Positions 19,064 to 29,660 of a DNA stretch of 64,000 bases are shown here, one piece after another. The stretch comes from a bacterium (lineage in GTDB: Bacteria; Bacillota_I; Bacilli_A; RFN20; CAG-826), in NCBI GenBank assembly GCA_963611815.1, contig CAVDSY010000025.1, forward strand, positions 1,596 to 65,595. Reading direction: 5' to 3'. The position numbers and the translations under genes are program-made. The stretch's first letter is position 1; every line of letters starts with the position of its first letter. The notes under the pieces are model-generated. The model saw only the letters and a list, made by a program, of their open reading frames with translations, was not told where the DNA came from and did not search any database.

Positions 19064-19816
19064 ATGAAAGTCTCGGTGATAATCCCCGTATACAACCAGA
19101 GCGAGAAGCTCGTGAGGAACCTAAAGGAAAAAATCGTCCCTTATTTCGACTCGACTGGAGTCACCTATGAAGTCATCGTCGAGGATGACCATAGCTCCGA
19201 GCCCGAGCTCGATGTCCTCAAGAAAGGGATGGAGGGGATGCCCGCCCAGGTGAGACTGGATCTGGCGACTCCGGAAGACGGGAAAGGGAAAGGCGCGGCG
19301 GTGAGGCGCGGAATAATGAACGCCAGCGGCGACTACGCCCTCTTCTTCGACGCGGATCTCGCCACCGACCTTGCGATATTCGATTTGATTAAGAAGGACA
19401 TCGGCAAGTACGACGCCTATATCGCCTCCAGGGATTGCCCTGGCGCTGTCTACGTCCAAAAGCAGCCATTCAAGAGGAGGCTGACCCATTGGGGGGCGAA
19501 AATGGTGGTGCGATGCAAGTTCCGGATGAAGGAAGTCATCGACTCGCAGTGCGGCTATAAGATGTTCCGCCTGCCTTTGGGGAAAGAGATGGCGGAAAGG
19601 CAGCTCATCAACGGCTTCGCCTTCGACGTCGAATACCTTTATTTCCTACACCTGAACGGGAAATCCATCAAAGAATACCCGGCGAGATGGGAGGATGATC
19701 CCTCCAGCTCACTCAAGAAGCTAATCAAGACCACGACGCGTTTCTACAAGGATCTCTGCGTCATAAAAAGAAACAAGAAGCATTACCTTTTGAAAGGAGA
19801 AGAGCGTGCTGACTGA
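19064..19816 (+). CDS. Family 2 glycosyltransferase (dolichyl-phosphate glucosyltransferase-like)
   Basis: ORF 18911..19816 trimmed to ATG 19064, because the longer N-terminus runs through the pulA terminator. VIIPVYNQ, DDHS, and FFDADL (DxD) motifs. Confidence 0.8.
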   Translation: MKVSVIIPVYNQSEKLVRNLKEKIVPYFDSTGVTYEVIVEDDHSSEPELDVLKKGMEGMPAQVRLDLATPEDGKGKGAAVRRGIMNASGDYALFFDADLATDLAIFDLIKKDIGKYDAYIASRDCPGAVYVQKQPFKRRLTHWGAKMVVRCKFRMKEVIDSQCGYKMFRLPLGKEMAERQLINGFAFDVEYLYFLHLNGKSIKEYPARWEDDPSSSLKKLIKTTTRFYKDLCVIKRNKKHYLLKGEERAD

Positions 19817-21092
19817 CCGTGTGATAATAGAAGCCCGCTCCGGCAACGGCGGCGATGGCTGCATCTCCTTCCTCCAGGAGAAGAACATGCCCAAAGGCGG
19901 CCCAGATGGGGGCAATGGGGGCAAAGGGGGATCGGTTTTCCTCCTCGCGAAAAAGAACGTTAACACTTTGATGGCCTACCGCCATTCTCGCGTTCTCGAA
20001 GCCCCGAACGGGGGCAAAGGAGACAAGAAGCTCCGCAATGGGAAGAACGGCGAAGACAAGGTTTTCGAAGTGCCTGTGGGGACGTTAGTTTACGAGGAGA
20101 ATGGGAATAAGCTCCTCGCCGACCTTTCCGAGGAAGGAGAGGTTGTCTGCATCGCCAAAGGAGGCAGGGGAGGCAAAGGCAACGCCTGCTTCAAATCAAG
20201 CCGCCTCAGGATTCCCCGCATCGCCGAAAATGGGCATCCTGGCGAGAAAAAAAGAATCGTTTTGGAACTGAGGCTAGTGGCTGACGCCGGGCTCATCGGC
20301 TTCCCTAGCGTGGGGAAGAGCACCTTCCTGAACATCGTTTCCAAAGCAAATGTGCCGACGGCTGATTATCCCTTCACGACCATCGAGCCAAACCTTGGGG
20401 TCGTCACTCTTCCAGGAACCTATGAGCAATTCGTGCTTGCCGACATGCCGGGCCTCATCGAAGGCGCCCACGAAGGGAAGGGCCTAGGCATAACCTTCTT
20501 GCGCCACATCGAAAGGTGCCGCGTCCTCGTGCACATGGTCTCGATGGATGGGGAGAGGGACCCTTATGAGGCCTATGAAATCATCAACGAGGAGCTGAAA
20601 GACTATGGGGCCGACCTTGAGAAGCGCCCGCAGATAGTCGTCGCCACCAAAATGGACTCCGACGGGGCGGAAGAGAGGAAAAGGGAATTCGACTCCAAAC
20701 TCGGCTTCCCCTCTCTTGGCGTGACCGCGCTAACCAATGAGGGCGTGGAAACGCTCATCAAGAAAACCTACGAGCTCATCTGCAAAACGCCGGAATTCTC
20801 TCTTTTTGGAGAAACGCAGGAGAACAGTCCCGAATATCGCGTCTACGATTCGAAGAAGGACGGCAAGGAAGAGGCGTTCGTCATCTCCCATCCTTCCGAC
20901 CACCTCTTCGTCATCACCGGCCACGAGGTGCTTGAGCGCTATGCCCTGATGAACCTCAGCGACGATCAAGGCGTAGCGCGCCTCATCAGCTACCTCACGC
21001 GCCTTGGCGTGGAGAAGGAACTGGAGAGGAAGGGGGCCAAGGACGGGGATACCGTGCGCCTCGCCGATTTCGAGTTCACCTACTCGAAGTGA
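19806..21092 (+). CDS. obg: GTPase Obg/CgtA
   Basis: Gly-rich Obg fold (GGDGCISF...GGPDGGNGGKGG), G domain (GFPSVGKST, DMPGLIEGA, TKMD), C-terminal OCT domain. GTG start with AGGAGA SD. Confidence 0.95.
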   Translation: MLTDRVIIEARSGNGGDGCISFLQEKNMPKGGPDGGNGGKGGSVFLLAKKNVNTLMAYRHSRVLEAPNGGKGDKKLRNGKNGEDKVFEVPVGTLVYEENGNKLLADLSEEGEVVCIAKGGRGGKGNACFKSSRLRIPRIAENGHPGEKKRIVLELRLVADAGLIGFPSVGKSTFLNIVSKANVPTADYPFTTIEPNLGVVTLPGTYEQFVLADMPGLIEGAHEGKGLGITFLRHIERCRVLVHMVSMDGERDPYEAYEIINEELKDYGADLEKRPQIVVATKMDSDGAEERKREFDSKLGFPSLGVTALTNEGVETLIKKTYELICKTPEFSLFGETQENSPEYRVYDSKKDGKEEAFVISHPSDHLFVITGHEVLERYALMNLSDDQGVARLISYLTRLGVEKELERKGAKDGDTVRLADFEFTYSK

Positions 21093-21114
21093 GTCCTCTT
21101 GCCTCGCTTTCCTT

Positions 21115-21123
21115 TGCTATAAT
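21115..21123 (+). promoter_or_regulatory. Extended -10 promoter upstream of ruvA
   Basis: TGcTATAAT is an exact extended -10 consensus, lying 6 nt before ATG 21130. Confidence 0.55.
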
Positions 21124-21129
21124 CTCCTC

Positions 21130-21225
21130 ATGCAAAGAAAAAGCTTTTGGATAGGGACGCTCGCTTGCTTCCTTTCTAGCATCGCCCTTTTCGCCCTTTT
21201 CTTCCTTTGCCTCAGCTTATCCTGA
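21130..21225 (+). CDS. Possible 31-aa hydrophobic peptide (leaderless candidate)
   Basis: MQRKSFWIGTLACFLSSIALFALFFLCLSLS. No SD. The ATG lies at the predicted transcription start and the stop is 1 nt before the ruvA ATG. It could simply be the ruvA 5' UTR. Confidence 0.25.
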   Translation: MQRKSFWIGTLACFLSSIALFALFFLCLSLS

Positions 21226-21226
21226 C

Positions 21227-21790
21227 ATGATTTACTCATTGAAAGGCGTCGTGACCGACGTCAAAAAAGACAGAATCGCCATCGACTTGGGCCAAATCGC
21301 CTACGAGGTTTTGGTCGCTAGAAGCGGCGATTTCAACCTAGGCGAGGAGAGCAAGGTCTTCACCCATGAGGTCCTCACCCAGGAGGACCATTATCTCGTG
21401 GGTTTCCTCGATAAGATGGAGAAAGAGGCTTTCCTCTCCCTCATCGAAGTCAAAGGCATCGGCCCGAAGACCGCTTTAAGCGCCCTCGGGGCGACGAGGC
21501 CCGACGAGCTTTTCGCGGCCATCGAGGCCAACAACACGGCCTTTTTGAAGAAGCTTCCCGGCATCGGGCCCAAGGCCGCGGCCCAGATAATCCTCGATCT
21601 CAAAGGGAAACTCGTGAAGACCGATTCCAAAGGCCACCCCGAGGCTTTCGACGAGGTTTCATCGGCTCTGAAGTCCCTCGGATTCAAGAAAGCGCAGATA
21701 GACGCCGCCCTTGCGAGCATCTCGACACCCGACCTCCCCAATTCCGAGATCCTGCGCCTCGCCTTGAAGCAGCTTAGGAAAGGGGAATAG
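21227..21790 (+). CDS. ruvA: Holliday junction branch-migration complex subunit RuvA
   Basis: MIYSLKG start and tandem HhH motifs (GIGPKTA, PGIGPKAA). Confidence 0.95.
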   Translation: MIYSLKGVVTDVKKDRIAIDLGQIAYEVLVARSGDFNLGEESKVFTHEVLTQEDHYLVGFLDKMEKEAFLSLIEVKGIGPKTALSALGATRPDELFAAIEANNTAFLKKLPGIGPKAAAQIILDLKGKLVKTDSKGHPEAFDEVSSALKSLGFKKAQIDAALASISTPDLPNSEILRLALKQLRKGE

Positions 21791-21792
21791 AG

Positions 21793-22797
21793 ATGGCTAG
21801 GCTAGTCAGCGGGAAAAAAGAGAAAGAGGACGAGGGGAGCGAGCTTTCGCTCCGCCCCCAAACTCTCAGAGAATACATCGGGCAGAGCCAGGGGAAGAGC
21901 AATCTCGCCGTCTTTCTAGGCGCGGCCAAGAAAAGGAAAGAGCCGCTCGACCACGTTTTGCTTTACGGCCCGCCGGGCTTAGGGAAGACGACGCTTGCTT
22001 ATGTGATTGCCAACGAGATGGGCGGCAAAATCAGGTTAATCAACGGGCCTTCGATCGAAAAGGCGGGAGACCTCGCCGCGGTTTTGAGCGAGCTTGAGCC
22101 AGGCGACATCCTCTTCATCGACGAGATCCATCGTCTGCCACGCGTCGTCGAGGAGGTCCTTTACGGGGCGATGGAGGATTTCACTTTGTCCGTCCTCATC
22201 TCGCAAAACGGCACGTCCCACGTATTGAATATGCCTTTGCCCCCCTTCACTTTGGTCGGCGCCACCACGCGCAGCGGCGACCTCTCCTCGCCTCTCCGGG
22301 CGAGGTTTGGGATCTCGATGAAGCTTGATTTCTACTCCGAGGAGGAGATAAGCGAGATCGTAAAGCGCACCTCCAAGGTATACGGCACCCCGATCGAAGA
22401 GAAAGCGGTGGAGCTCATCGCTAAGCGCAGCAGGGGAACCCCACGCATCGCCAATCGCCTATTCAAACGCATCAGGGATTTCGCCTCCTTCCACGAGGAG
22501 GAAAAAATCAGCTACGCTCGCTGCAAAGAGGGCCTTGAGGCCCTTAAGATAGACGAGCTCGGCCTCGACGAAGTCGATATTCGCTATCTAAGCGCCATAA
22601 TCGAGCGCTTCCATGGCGGCCCGGTAGGGCTGGAGTCCATCGCCTCCGCCATCGGCGAGGAGGTCACCAACCTCGAAGACGTCTATGAGCCTTACCTCGT
22701 GATGATGGGGATGGTCAACCGCACGCCCAGGGGGAGAGTGGCCACTGAGAAGGCCTATTCCCACCTCAAGAAAGCGCATCAGTCATCGCTATTTTGA
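21793..22797 (+). CDS. ruvB: Holliday junction ATP-dependent DNA helicase RuvB
   Basis: LRPQTLREYIGQ, Walker A GPPGLGKTT, DEIHRL. Confidence 0.95.
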   Translation: MARLVSGKKEKEDEGSELSLRPQTLREYIGQSQGKSNLAVFLGAAKKRKEPLDHVLLYGPPGLGKTTLAYVIANEMGGKIRLINGPSIEKAGDLAAVLSELEPGDILFIDEIHRLPRVVEEVLYGAMEDFTLSVLISQNGTSHVLNMPLPPFTLVGATTRSGDLSSPLRARFGISMKLDFYSEEEISEIVKRTSKVYGTPIEEKAVELIAKRSRGTPRIANRLFKRIRDFASFHEEEKISYARCKEGLEALKIDELGLDEVDIRYLSAIIERFHGGPVGLESIASAIGEEVTNLEDVYEPYLVMMGMVNRTPRGRVATEKAYSHLKKAHQSSLF

Positions 22798-22812
22798 CTT
22801 AAAAGCGAAAAC

Positions 22813-22834
22813 GGCCCCTTAAGGGGCCTTTTTT
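22813..22834 (+). terminator. Intrinsic terminator after ruvB
   Basis: GGCCCC-TTAA-GGGGCC stem-loop followed by TTTTTT. Confidence 0.85.
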
Positions 22835-22912
22835 CTTGCCTATGGAGTGGAGGAAGTATAAAGTAGAAGCCGCGACAGCCCCCTGTTGTTTTTGTTAGAG
22901 GAGTTAAGGCTT

Positions 22913-25795
22913 ATGAGACGTTATGTCGGATATGTGATAATGTGCGCCACAGTACTGTTAGGCGTGGCGGGAGCTACCGCCCCGCAGATCGCGAGGATGA
23001 ACAGCGACCTTTCCTACAGCGACGGCAAGACGCTTTATTTCAAAGCCAGCGAATACGACGAGAACTCCAATAACGGCAATTACGGCGACGGCGACCTTTC
23101 CTTCCTCGACGAGAACCAGGCGAAAGACCCGAACAACGACAACCAGCTCGCCATCAACACCCTGGCCGACATCGTCAAGGGCCGCCTCGACACCTGGAAC
23201 CTCTCCGAATACGAGGTCTCGGTGCAGGGATACGACACCATCGCCGTCTCGGTCAGAACCAAAACCGATTCCTCCACCCAATACACCTACCTCCAGAACT
23301 ACCTTTCCTTCTCCGGCGGCGATTATGAGCTAGACGTGACCGACAAGACCGTCAGCGACGAGTCGCGGAAGGACTCCTGGGCGAGCATGCTCGACAGCAC
23401 CGAAGGCGCCTTCATCCAAAGCATCGAGCTCAACGGCTACAATTTCCCAGTCGTCCTCGTGAAGATCCCCGAAGCCTATCAAAGCGACTTCCTCGATCTG
23501 CTCAAAGCGGCGGGCGAGGCCAATTCCAAGGCCGACGATTCCTCCTCTTCCTCCAGCGAAGAGAAATCGAGCGACGGCGACGCCTGCAAACTCGTCCTTT
23601 GGGCAAATCGCGTCAACGGCGACCTCTATGAGGACAGCTCCCAAGGCGGGAGCGGAACCCCCAACACCAACATCGACAGGAAAATACTCGCCGTCGAGAA
23701 TGTCAGCAGCGACAACGCGGTCTATTACTACGACAGCGACGAAGACAAAGAGACCCCTTACCTCCGCCTCATTCCCGCGAGCAACGCCATCACCAGCGAA
23801 GGCAGCTACGACCCAACTTACGCCCAAGAGGCCTATGACGCCGCCGTCTATCTCCGCAACATGTTCAACGCGGAATCGCTGAGCTTCAAAGACGGGGGCA
23901 AAGAAAACCGCTATTCCCTCACCTTCACTTACAGCGAAGCGACGAAAGCCACCGTTGAGAGCCTCGTCTATTATGGCTCATGGTCCGTTTTCCCCGCCTT
24001 TGGCGGCACGATGATCGCGACATTGATCACGCTCGCCCTCGCTTGCGTCGCCCTCGCCCTCTTCAACCGCATTTTCAGCCTCGTCCAGATCGCTTCCGTG
24101 GTCGGGACGGTTTTCGCGACTTTCATCACCTTCATTAGCTTCGGCGCCCAATTCAACATCGCGGCTTGCCTCGGCCTCCTTTGCGTCATGAGCGTCGCCG
24201 CTTTCGGCGCCATCTATTACGGAGCCGCTCTCAAAGACGAGATCTACAAGGGCCGCACTCTGAAGAAAGCCAACCAAGAAGCCGCGAAGAAATCGACCTG
24301 GCCGATAATCGACGCCTCCATCGTGAGCGCAATCCTTGGCATCTTCGTCTACATCTTCGGAGGCGAGCTTGCCTCGAAGTTCGGGACGATGCTCGTCCTC
24401 GGCGCGGTCTTCGCCCTCGTCGCCAACCTTATCCTCACCCGCATCGGGGCTTGGTTGCTCGCCAATTCCTCTTATATGCAGACCCATTTCGCGAAGCAGC
24501 TCAACGTCGATCCCGCCAAAGTCCCCGACCTCATCAAAGAGGAGAAACAATCTTACTTCGGACCTTATGAGAAGAAGGATTTCACCAAAGGCAAGAAGTG
24601 GCTCGCCGGCATCTTCGGGGCCGTCGTCACCGCCGGCATCGCGACGATGATAGCCTTCGGGGTCCAAAATGAAGGAAACATCTACAACACAAACGCCTAC
24701 ACCGAGAAATCGACCGTCCTCCGCATCGACATCCAGTCGACGAGCAACGAGCAAATCAGCGTCGAAAGCCTTTCCGCGATCGAAGACATCTATCAAAAAG
24801 ACGGAACTAGTGACCTCCTCCATTGCGTCAAAATCGACGGGAAGGTGCTTGGCGATCTGACTTCCGTCGATGATATCTCCCTTTCTTCGACGCCCCATAC
24901 GGTCTATGACAGCGACAAGGAGACCTCGACCTATTGGTATTACTACTCCATAAAGCTTAGCAAATACCTCACCAACGAGCTCCATTCGTCCAATGAATCC
25001 GATTACGCCCATGAGATCGCCTGCAAAGACGCCAGCGGAGAATGGAACACGGCCGATTACGAAGACCTCACCCTCAACGAAGCGCTCAGTGCCTACATCA
25101 TCAAGACCTTCGCGCCGGGCACCAGCGAATCGAACCTGCTTGTCAGCTTCGCCACCGTCACGCCGGAGCTTGGTCAGCCCTACGTCTGGAGAATCGCCCT
25201 TGCCGTCGGCGTTTCGCTTGCCGTCAGCCTCGTTTACTTCATCTTGCGTTTCCGCCCATCGCGCGGAATAGCGGCCACGATCGGAGGCGCCCTCGTCTCC
25301 TATAGCGTCATGGCTTTCTTCTCCTTCACGCGCATCTCGGTCACGCCAGTCGTGAGCCTAGGTGTCTTCGCCGCTTGCCTGCTCGCCATGCTTCTCTCCC
25401 TCTTCGTCCTCAACAAAGAGAAAGAGATCTACAAAGAGAGCAGGGAGAAAGAGAAGAACAACCTCGCTTTCAGAAGCGACTGCCTCGTGAAAGCCAATAG
25501 CCGCAGCGCCTCGAGCTTCCTTTTGCTCCTGATGATCGCTTCCTACGGGGCCATCGCCTTCTTTGGCTTTGGGCCGCGCAGCTTCATGATGGTCTATCTC
25601 GCCATGGTGATGGGCATCATCTTCCTCGGCGCGTATTGCCTTGGCCTGCTCACCCCGATCTCTTTGTTCTTCGCCAAGCTCTTCAGCAAGATCCACTTCA
25701 AGCCGAAGAAGGCCAAGAAGGCCTCCAAAGGCAATGCGATGAAGAAGAAGAGCAATGAGCCAGAGGAAGCCATTTTCATCGGCATCAACGACTGA
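22913..25795 (+). CDS. secDF: Fused protein-export membrane protein SecDF (enlarged)
   Basis: ORF trimmed to ATG 22913. It has two units, each an N-terminal TM helix, a large extracytoplasmic domain and a five-helix RND-like bundle. Position before recJ matches Bacillus. Confidence 0.85.
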   Translation: MRRYVGYVIMCATVLLGVAGATAPQIARMNSDLSYSDGKTLYFKASEYDENSNNGNYGDGDLSFLDENQAKDPNNDNQLAINTLADIVKGRLDTWNLSEYEVSVQGYDTIAVSVRTKTDSSTQYTYLQNYLSFSGGDYELDVTDKTVSDESRKDSWASMLDSTEGAFIQSIELNGYNFPVVLVKIPEAYQSDFLDLLKAAGEANSKADDSSSSSSEEKSSDGDACKLVLWANRVNGDLYEDSSQGGSGTPNTNIDRKILAVENVSSDNAVYYYDSDEDKETPYLRLIPASNAITSEGSYDPTYAQEAYDAAVYLRNMFNAESLSFKDGGKENRYSLTFTYSEATKATVESLVYYGSWSVFPAFGGTMIATLITLALACVALALFNRIFSLVQIASVVGTVFATFITFISFGAQFNIAACLGLLCVMSVAAFGAIYYGAALKDEIYKGRTLKKANQEAAKKSTWPIIDASIVSAILGIFVYIFGGELASKFGTMLVLGAVFALVANLILTRIGAWLLANSSYMQTHFAKQLNVDPAKVPDLIKEEKQSYFGPYEKKDFTKGKKWLAGIFGAVVTAGIATMIAFGVQNEGNIYNTNAYTEKSTVLRIDIQSTSNEQISVESLSAIEDIYQKDGTSDLLHCVKIDGKVLGDLTSVDDISLSSTPHTVYDSDKETSTYWYYYSIKLSKYLTNELHSSNESDYAHEIACKDASGEWNTADYEDLTLNEALSAYIIKTFAPGTSESNLLVSFATVTPELGQPYVWRIALAVGVSLAVSLVYFILRFRPSRGIAATIGGALVSYSVMAFFSFTRISVTPVVSLGVFAACLLAMLLSLFVLNKEKEIYKESREKEKNNLAFRSDCLVKANSRSASSFLLLLMIASYGAIAFFGFGPRSFMMVYLAMVMGIIFLGAYCLGLLTPISLFFAKLFSKIHFKPKKAKKASKGNAMKKKSNEPEEAIFIGIND

Positions 25796-25796
25796 G

Positions 25797-27362
25797 ATGG
25801 AACCCCTCAAGGAAAGGCTCAAGAAATATTACGGATGGGACGAGGAGAGCTTCGGCGAATTTACCGCCGAGCCCTCCTCTCTTTCTTTTCCTGACGTCTC
25901 CCTAAACGGAGAAGTCGTCAAAGCAATCGCGAGGATTAAGCTCGCCCTCTCGAAGGGGGAGAAAACCCTGCTTTATGGGGATTATGACGCGGATGGAATC
26001 CTTGGGACTTCGATTTTCCTCAATTCCTTGTTGGAGATCGGCCTTAAGGCGAGCTATTTCATCCCCAGCCGTTACAGCGACGGGTATGGCCTCACCATGG
26101 AGAATGCGGTCAAAATCGCCTCCGCCGGCTATTCTTTGCTCATCCTCATCGATAATGGCGTCTCTTGTCTTGACGAGGTAAGCTACCTCAAAGAGAAAGG
26201 GGTGGACGTCCTCATCTTCGACCACCACGAGCTCCCCAAGGACCTGCCGCCTTCATTGTCTTTGGTGCATCCGGTAACGCTTGGGATAGGCGAATCGGGG
26301 GGATTCAATATCTCCGCGGGTTTCGTCTGCTATCTTTTCTCGCTGGCTTTGACTGGCAAGGAAGACGCCTATCGCAGAACCTTGGCAGGCATCACCACCT
26401 TAAGCGACATGATGCCTCTTAAGGGGATCAATCGTACTTTGGTCTCGCTTACCTTGCGCGATCTGAGAAAGCAAAATTACCCTGAGATCGTCTCTCTTTG
26501 CGACAAGAAAAGGATCGACGAGAAGGTCCTTGGGATGTGCATAATCCCCTCGATCAACGCTTTGGGGCGCATGGAGGAAGGGCACAAAACATCACTTGCC
26601 GTCGCTTATTTCGGCTATCGCGACCCCTTGAGGAGAGAAGCCATCTCCTCGTGGATGAAACAGAGCAACGAAAAAAGGAAAGAGCTCACCAAGGAAGGCG
26701 AGAAGCTCGTCTCCTTCAAGCCCGGCCAAAGCGGCATCGTCGCCAATCTGCCTTTGAAAGAAGGCCTCAACGGCCTGCTTGCGAATCGTTTGATGAAACT
26801 CCATAAGGTGCCGGTCGCGATTTTCTCGCCCTCATACGCGGATCCCAACGTGCTCGTCGGCTCCTTGCGGAGCGAGGAGGGGTTCGACGTCCTCGATTGC
26901 CTTTCCTCCCTCTCCTCTTATTGCCTGAAAAGCGGCGGTCACGCGCATGCGGGGGGAGTGAGCATTCTGAGCAAGGACTTCGCTTCCTTCTCGAAAGCCT
27001 ATCTAGCCTATTGCAGGGAACACCCTTTCACCAAAGAAGAGCCCTTGGCCATCCCTTTGCTATTGAGCGAGGCGAACATGGATTCTTATCGCCTCATCAG
27101 GCAGTTCGGGCCTTTCGGAGAGGAGCATGAGGAGCCCCTCTTCGTTTTGAGCAACCTAAACGTCGATTCCTTCCAGTACAGCAAGGACGGGAAATATCTG
27201 ATGACGCCTCTAGGATACAAAACGAAGCTCGTCTCCTTCTCTTTGGGCAGAAAGGATTTCCTCCTCAAGGACAAGACCTCCTTCTATGTGCGTTTCGAGC
27301 TCAATGAGTACAGAGGAGAGACGTCTTTGGACCTCCGAGTCGACTCAGCCCCTAGCAAATGA
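25797..27362 (+). CDS. recJ: Single-stranded-DNA-specific exonuclease RecJ
   Basis: DHH-family motifs DYDADG, DNG, DHHE. Start taken at ATG 25797, directly after the secDF stop. Confidence 0.9.
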   Translation: MEPLKERLKKYYGWDEESFGEFTAEPSSLSFPDVSLNGEVVKAIARIKLALSKGEKTLLYGDYDADGILGTSIFLNSLLEIGLKASYFIPSRYSDGYGLTMENAVKIASAGYSLLILIDNGVSCLDEVSYLKEKGVDVLIFDHHELPKDLPPSLSLVHPVTLGIGESGGFNISAGFVCYLFSLALTGKEDAYRRTLAGITTLSDMMPLKGINRTLVSLTLRDLRKQNYPEIVSLCDKKRIDEKVLGMCIIPSINALGRMEEGHKTSLAVAYFGYRDPLRREAISSWMKQSNEKRKELTKEGEKLVSFKPGQSGIVANLPLKEGLNGLLANRLMKLHKVPVAIFSPSYADPNVLVGSLRSEEGFDVLDCLSSLSSYCLKSGGHAHAGGVSILSKDFASFSKAYLAYCREHPFTKEEPLAIPLLLSEANMDSYRLIRQFGPFGEEHEEPLFVLSNLNVDSFQYSKDGKYLMTPLGYKTKLVSFSLGRKDFLLKDKTSFYVRFELNEYRGETSLDLRVDSAPSK

Positions 27363-27386
27363 ATCAACGAGGAATATACTTCAGCC

Positions 27387-29624
27387 ATGGAAAAACCCTT
27401 AGACAAACCCTTGCCCCCGAACGGGGGCTACCCAATGCACAGCTTCGATGATTTAAAAGCCCTTTTCGCCGTCTATATCACCAATCCCGACGATCAGAAA
27501 CTCATCGAGGACGCTTACAAACTCGCGAAGGAAAAACACGCTGGGCAGCTAAGGAAATCGGGTGAGCCTTATATCCATCACCCTCTTGAGGTCGCCTATA
27601 TATGCGCCCAGCTTCAGGCTGGCCCGGCGACCATCGCAAGCGCTTTGCTGCACGATGTGGTGGAGGACACAGATACAACGATCGAGGAAATCGAGCGGCG
27701 CTTCGGGCCTGACGTCAGGCTCATCGTCGATTCGCTCACGAAGATCCAGCGCATGAAGCTCTCCCACATGACGAAAGAGGACTTCGAGGCCGAAGACCAC
27801 AGAAAGATATTCCTCGGGATGGCCCACGACGTGCGGGTCATCATCGTCAAGCTGGCCGACAGGCTCCACAATCTCCGCACGCTCGATTCGCTCTCCCCTG
27901 AAAGGCAGAAGGCCCTCAGCAGGGAGACCTTGGACGTCTTCACCCCAATCGCTCACCGCCTTGGCATCTACACCATGCAAAGCGAGCTTGAGGACCTTTC
28001 TTTGAAGTACCTCGAGCCAGAGATATATGCGAAGATCAAGAAACTAGTCGATGACCGCTTCGAAAGAGGGAAAGGCGCCCTCGAACAGCTGAAGAAGCGC
28101 GTCGCCGACCAGCTTTACGAGCACGGCATACCCTTTAAGATGGAGAGCAGGGTAAAGTCAATTTATTCGATATATAAGAAAATGTACAAGAAGGGACATT
28201 CCTTCGATGAGATTTACGATATCCTCGCCGTCAGGGTCATTACAAAAACCGTCGTCAATTGCTACGAGATCCTGGGGATGATTCATACAACATACACCCC
28301 GATCCCCGGTAGGTTCAAGGATTACATCGCGATGCCTAAGCCTAATCTCTACCAGTCTCTCCATACCTCCATCGTGGCGGGGGACGGCAATGTCTACGAG
28401 GTCCAGATCAGGACCGAGGAGATGGACCAGATAGCCGAGACCGGCGTAGCCGCCCATTGGAAATACAAAGAAGGCAGCCATTACAACGCGAAAGAAGAAC
28501 AAAAAGAGATTGAGACCCAGCTTCATTGGTTCAGGGATTTCGTGAGCCTTTCCGGGAATGAAAAAGGGAGCGCCAAAGAATACATGGCGAGCCTCACCAA
28601 CGACATCTTCGGCGCCAATGTCTATGTTTTCACGCCTCTAGGGAAAGTGGTCGATCTGCCGACGGGCGCGACGACCCTCGATTTCGCCTACAAAATCCAC
28701 ACCAAGGTCGGGGATGCCGCGGTGGGGGCCATCGTCAACGGCGCCCTCGTGCCGCTTAGCACAGTCCTCAAAACTGGCGATATCTGCGAGATAAAGACCT
28801 CCGACAAATCCGCTGGCCCGAACGATTCGTGGCTGGAGATAGCGAAGACCTCAAGCGCTAAGAACCACATAAGGCGCGCGCTGCAAAAGAAAGACGCGGC
28901 CATTCTGCGGGATGAGAAGATAAAGCAGGGCCAACGTTCCCTTCTAGAAGCTTTCAAGCTCCGTGGATTCGACGAGGAGGAATCCTTGAAAATGCTTGGG
29001 GAGAACCTCGGGAAGCTCGACAACGAATACCATTGCCCGACCCTTGATGAGCTCTACGTGATGATCTCTACGCGCAATCCCACCCCGGGCGCCGTCCTCG
29101 ACTATCTGCACATCAAGAAAAGGCTGATGCCGAAACTCGGCAAGAAAAAGACGGCCAAAGAACAAGTGCAAGGCAATTCCTGCCCCGTCGAGGTGCCTGG
29201 CGGCATCACCGGCCTCGCCGTGACTTTGGGCCAATGCTGCACGCCCATCCCAGGGGATGCGATAGTGGGCTATATCACCCGCGGCAAAGGCATCACGGTC
29301 CATCGCGCCAATTGCCCGAACGTCGCCCACGAGAAGGCGCGGCTCATCGACCTCAGCTGGAGGGAAGACCTCGGCGTTGGCACCTATCCGGTCGACGTAG
29401 AGATCTACGCCAACGATCGCCCCAACCTCATCGCCGACATCCTTCAGGCGATCTCCGCCAAAGGGATAGTGACCAGCGATCTTCGCTCCCACCTCATGAC
29501 GGAGACTATGAACGTCGTCGTCAACCTCACCATATCCGTCAGCGACTCCAAATGCCTTGACGACCTTTTCGCTGTCCTCTTGGGGGTCAAAGGCATCTAT
29601 TCCGTATCCCGTCTGATTCATTAG
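27387..29624 (+). CDS. rel: Bifunctional (p)ppGpp synthetase/hydrolase Rel
   Basis: HD hydrolase domain (HHPLEVA, HDVVEDT), synthetase motifs (ILAVRVI, YQSLHT), TGS and C-terminal ACT-like domains. Confidence 0.95.
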   Translation: MEKPLDKPLPPNGGYPMHSFDDLKALFAVYITNPDDQKLIEDAYKLAKEKHAGQLRKSGEPYIHHPLEVAYICAQLQAGPATIASALLHDVVEDTDTTIEEIERRFGPDVRLIVDSLTKIQRMKLSHMTKEDFEAEDHRKIFLGMAHDVRVIIVKLADRLHNLRTLDSLSPERQKALSRETLDVFTPIAHRLGIYTMQSELEDLSLKYLEPEIYAKIKKLVDDRFERGKGALEQLKKRVADQLYEHGIPFKMESRVKSIYSIYKKMYKKGHSFDEIYDILAVRVITKTVVNCYEILGMIHTTYTPIPGRFKDYIAMPKPNLYQSLHTSIVAGDGNVYEVQIRTEEMDQIAETGVAAHWKYKEGSHYNAKEEQKEIETQLHWFRDFVSLSGNEKGSAKEYMASLTNDIFGANVYVFTPLGKVVDLPTGATTLDFAYKIHTKVGDAAVGAIVNGALVPLSTVLKTGDICEIKTSDKSAGPNDSWLEIAKTSSAKNHIRRALQKKDAAILRDEKIKQGQRSLLEAFKLRGFDEEESLKMLGENLGKLDNEYHCPTLDELYVMISTRNPTPGAVLDYLHIKKRLMPKLGKKKTAKEQVQGNSCPVEVPGGITGLAVTLGQCCTPIPGDAIVGYITRGKGITVHRANCPNVAHEKARLIDLSWREDLGVGTYPVDVEIYANDRPNLIADILQAISAKGIVTSDLRSHLMTETMNVVVNLTISVSDSKCLDDLFAVLLGVKGIYSVSRLIH

Positions 29625-29631
29625 CCTTTCG

Positions 29632-29660
29632 TTGTAGAAAGCGCCTCGCCGTCCTATAAT
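29632..29660 (+). promoter_or_regulatory. Sigma-A-type promoter of hisS-aspS
   Basis: TTGTAG (29632-29637), 17-nt spacer, TATAAT (29655-29660). AAGGAG SD at 29676-29681. Confidence 0.65.
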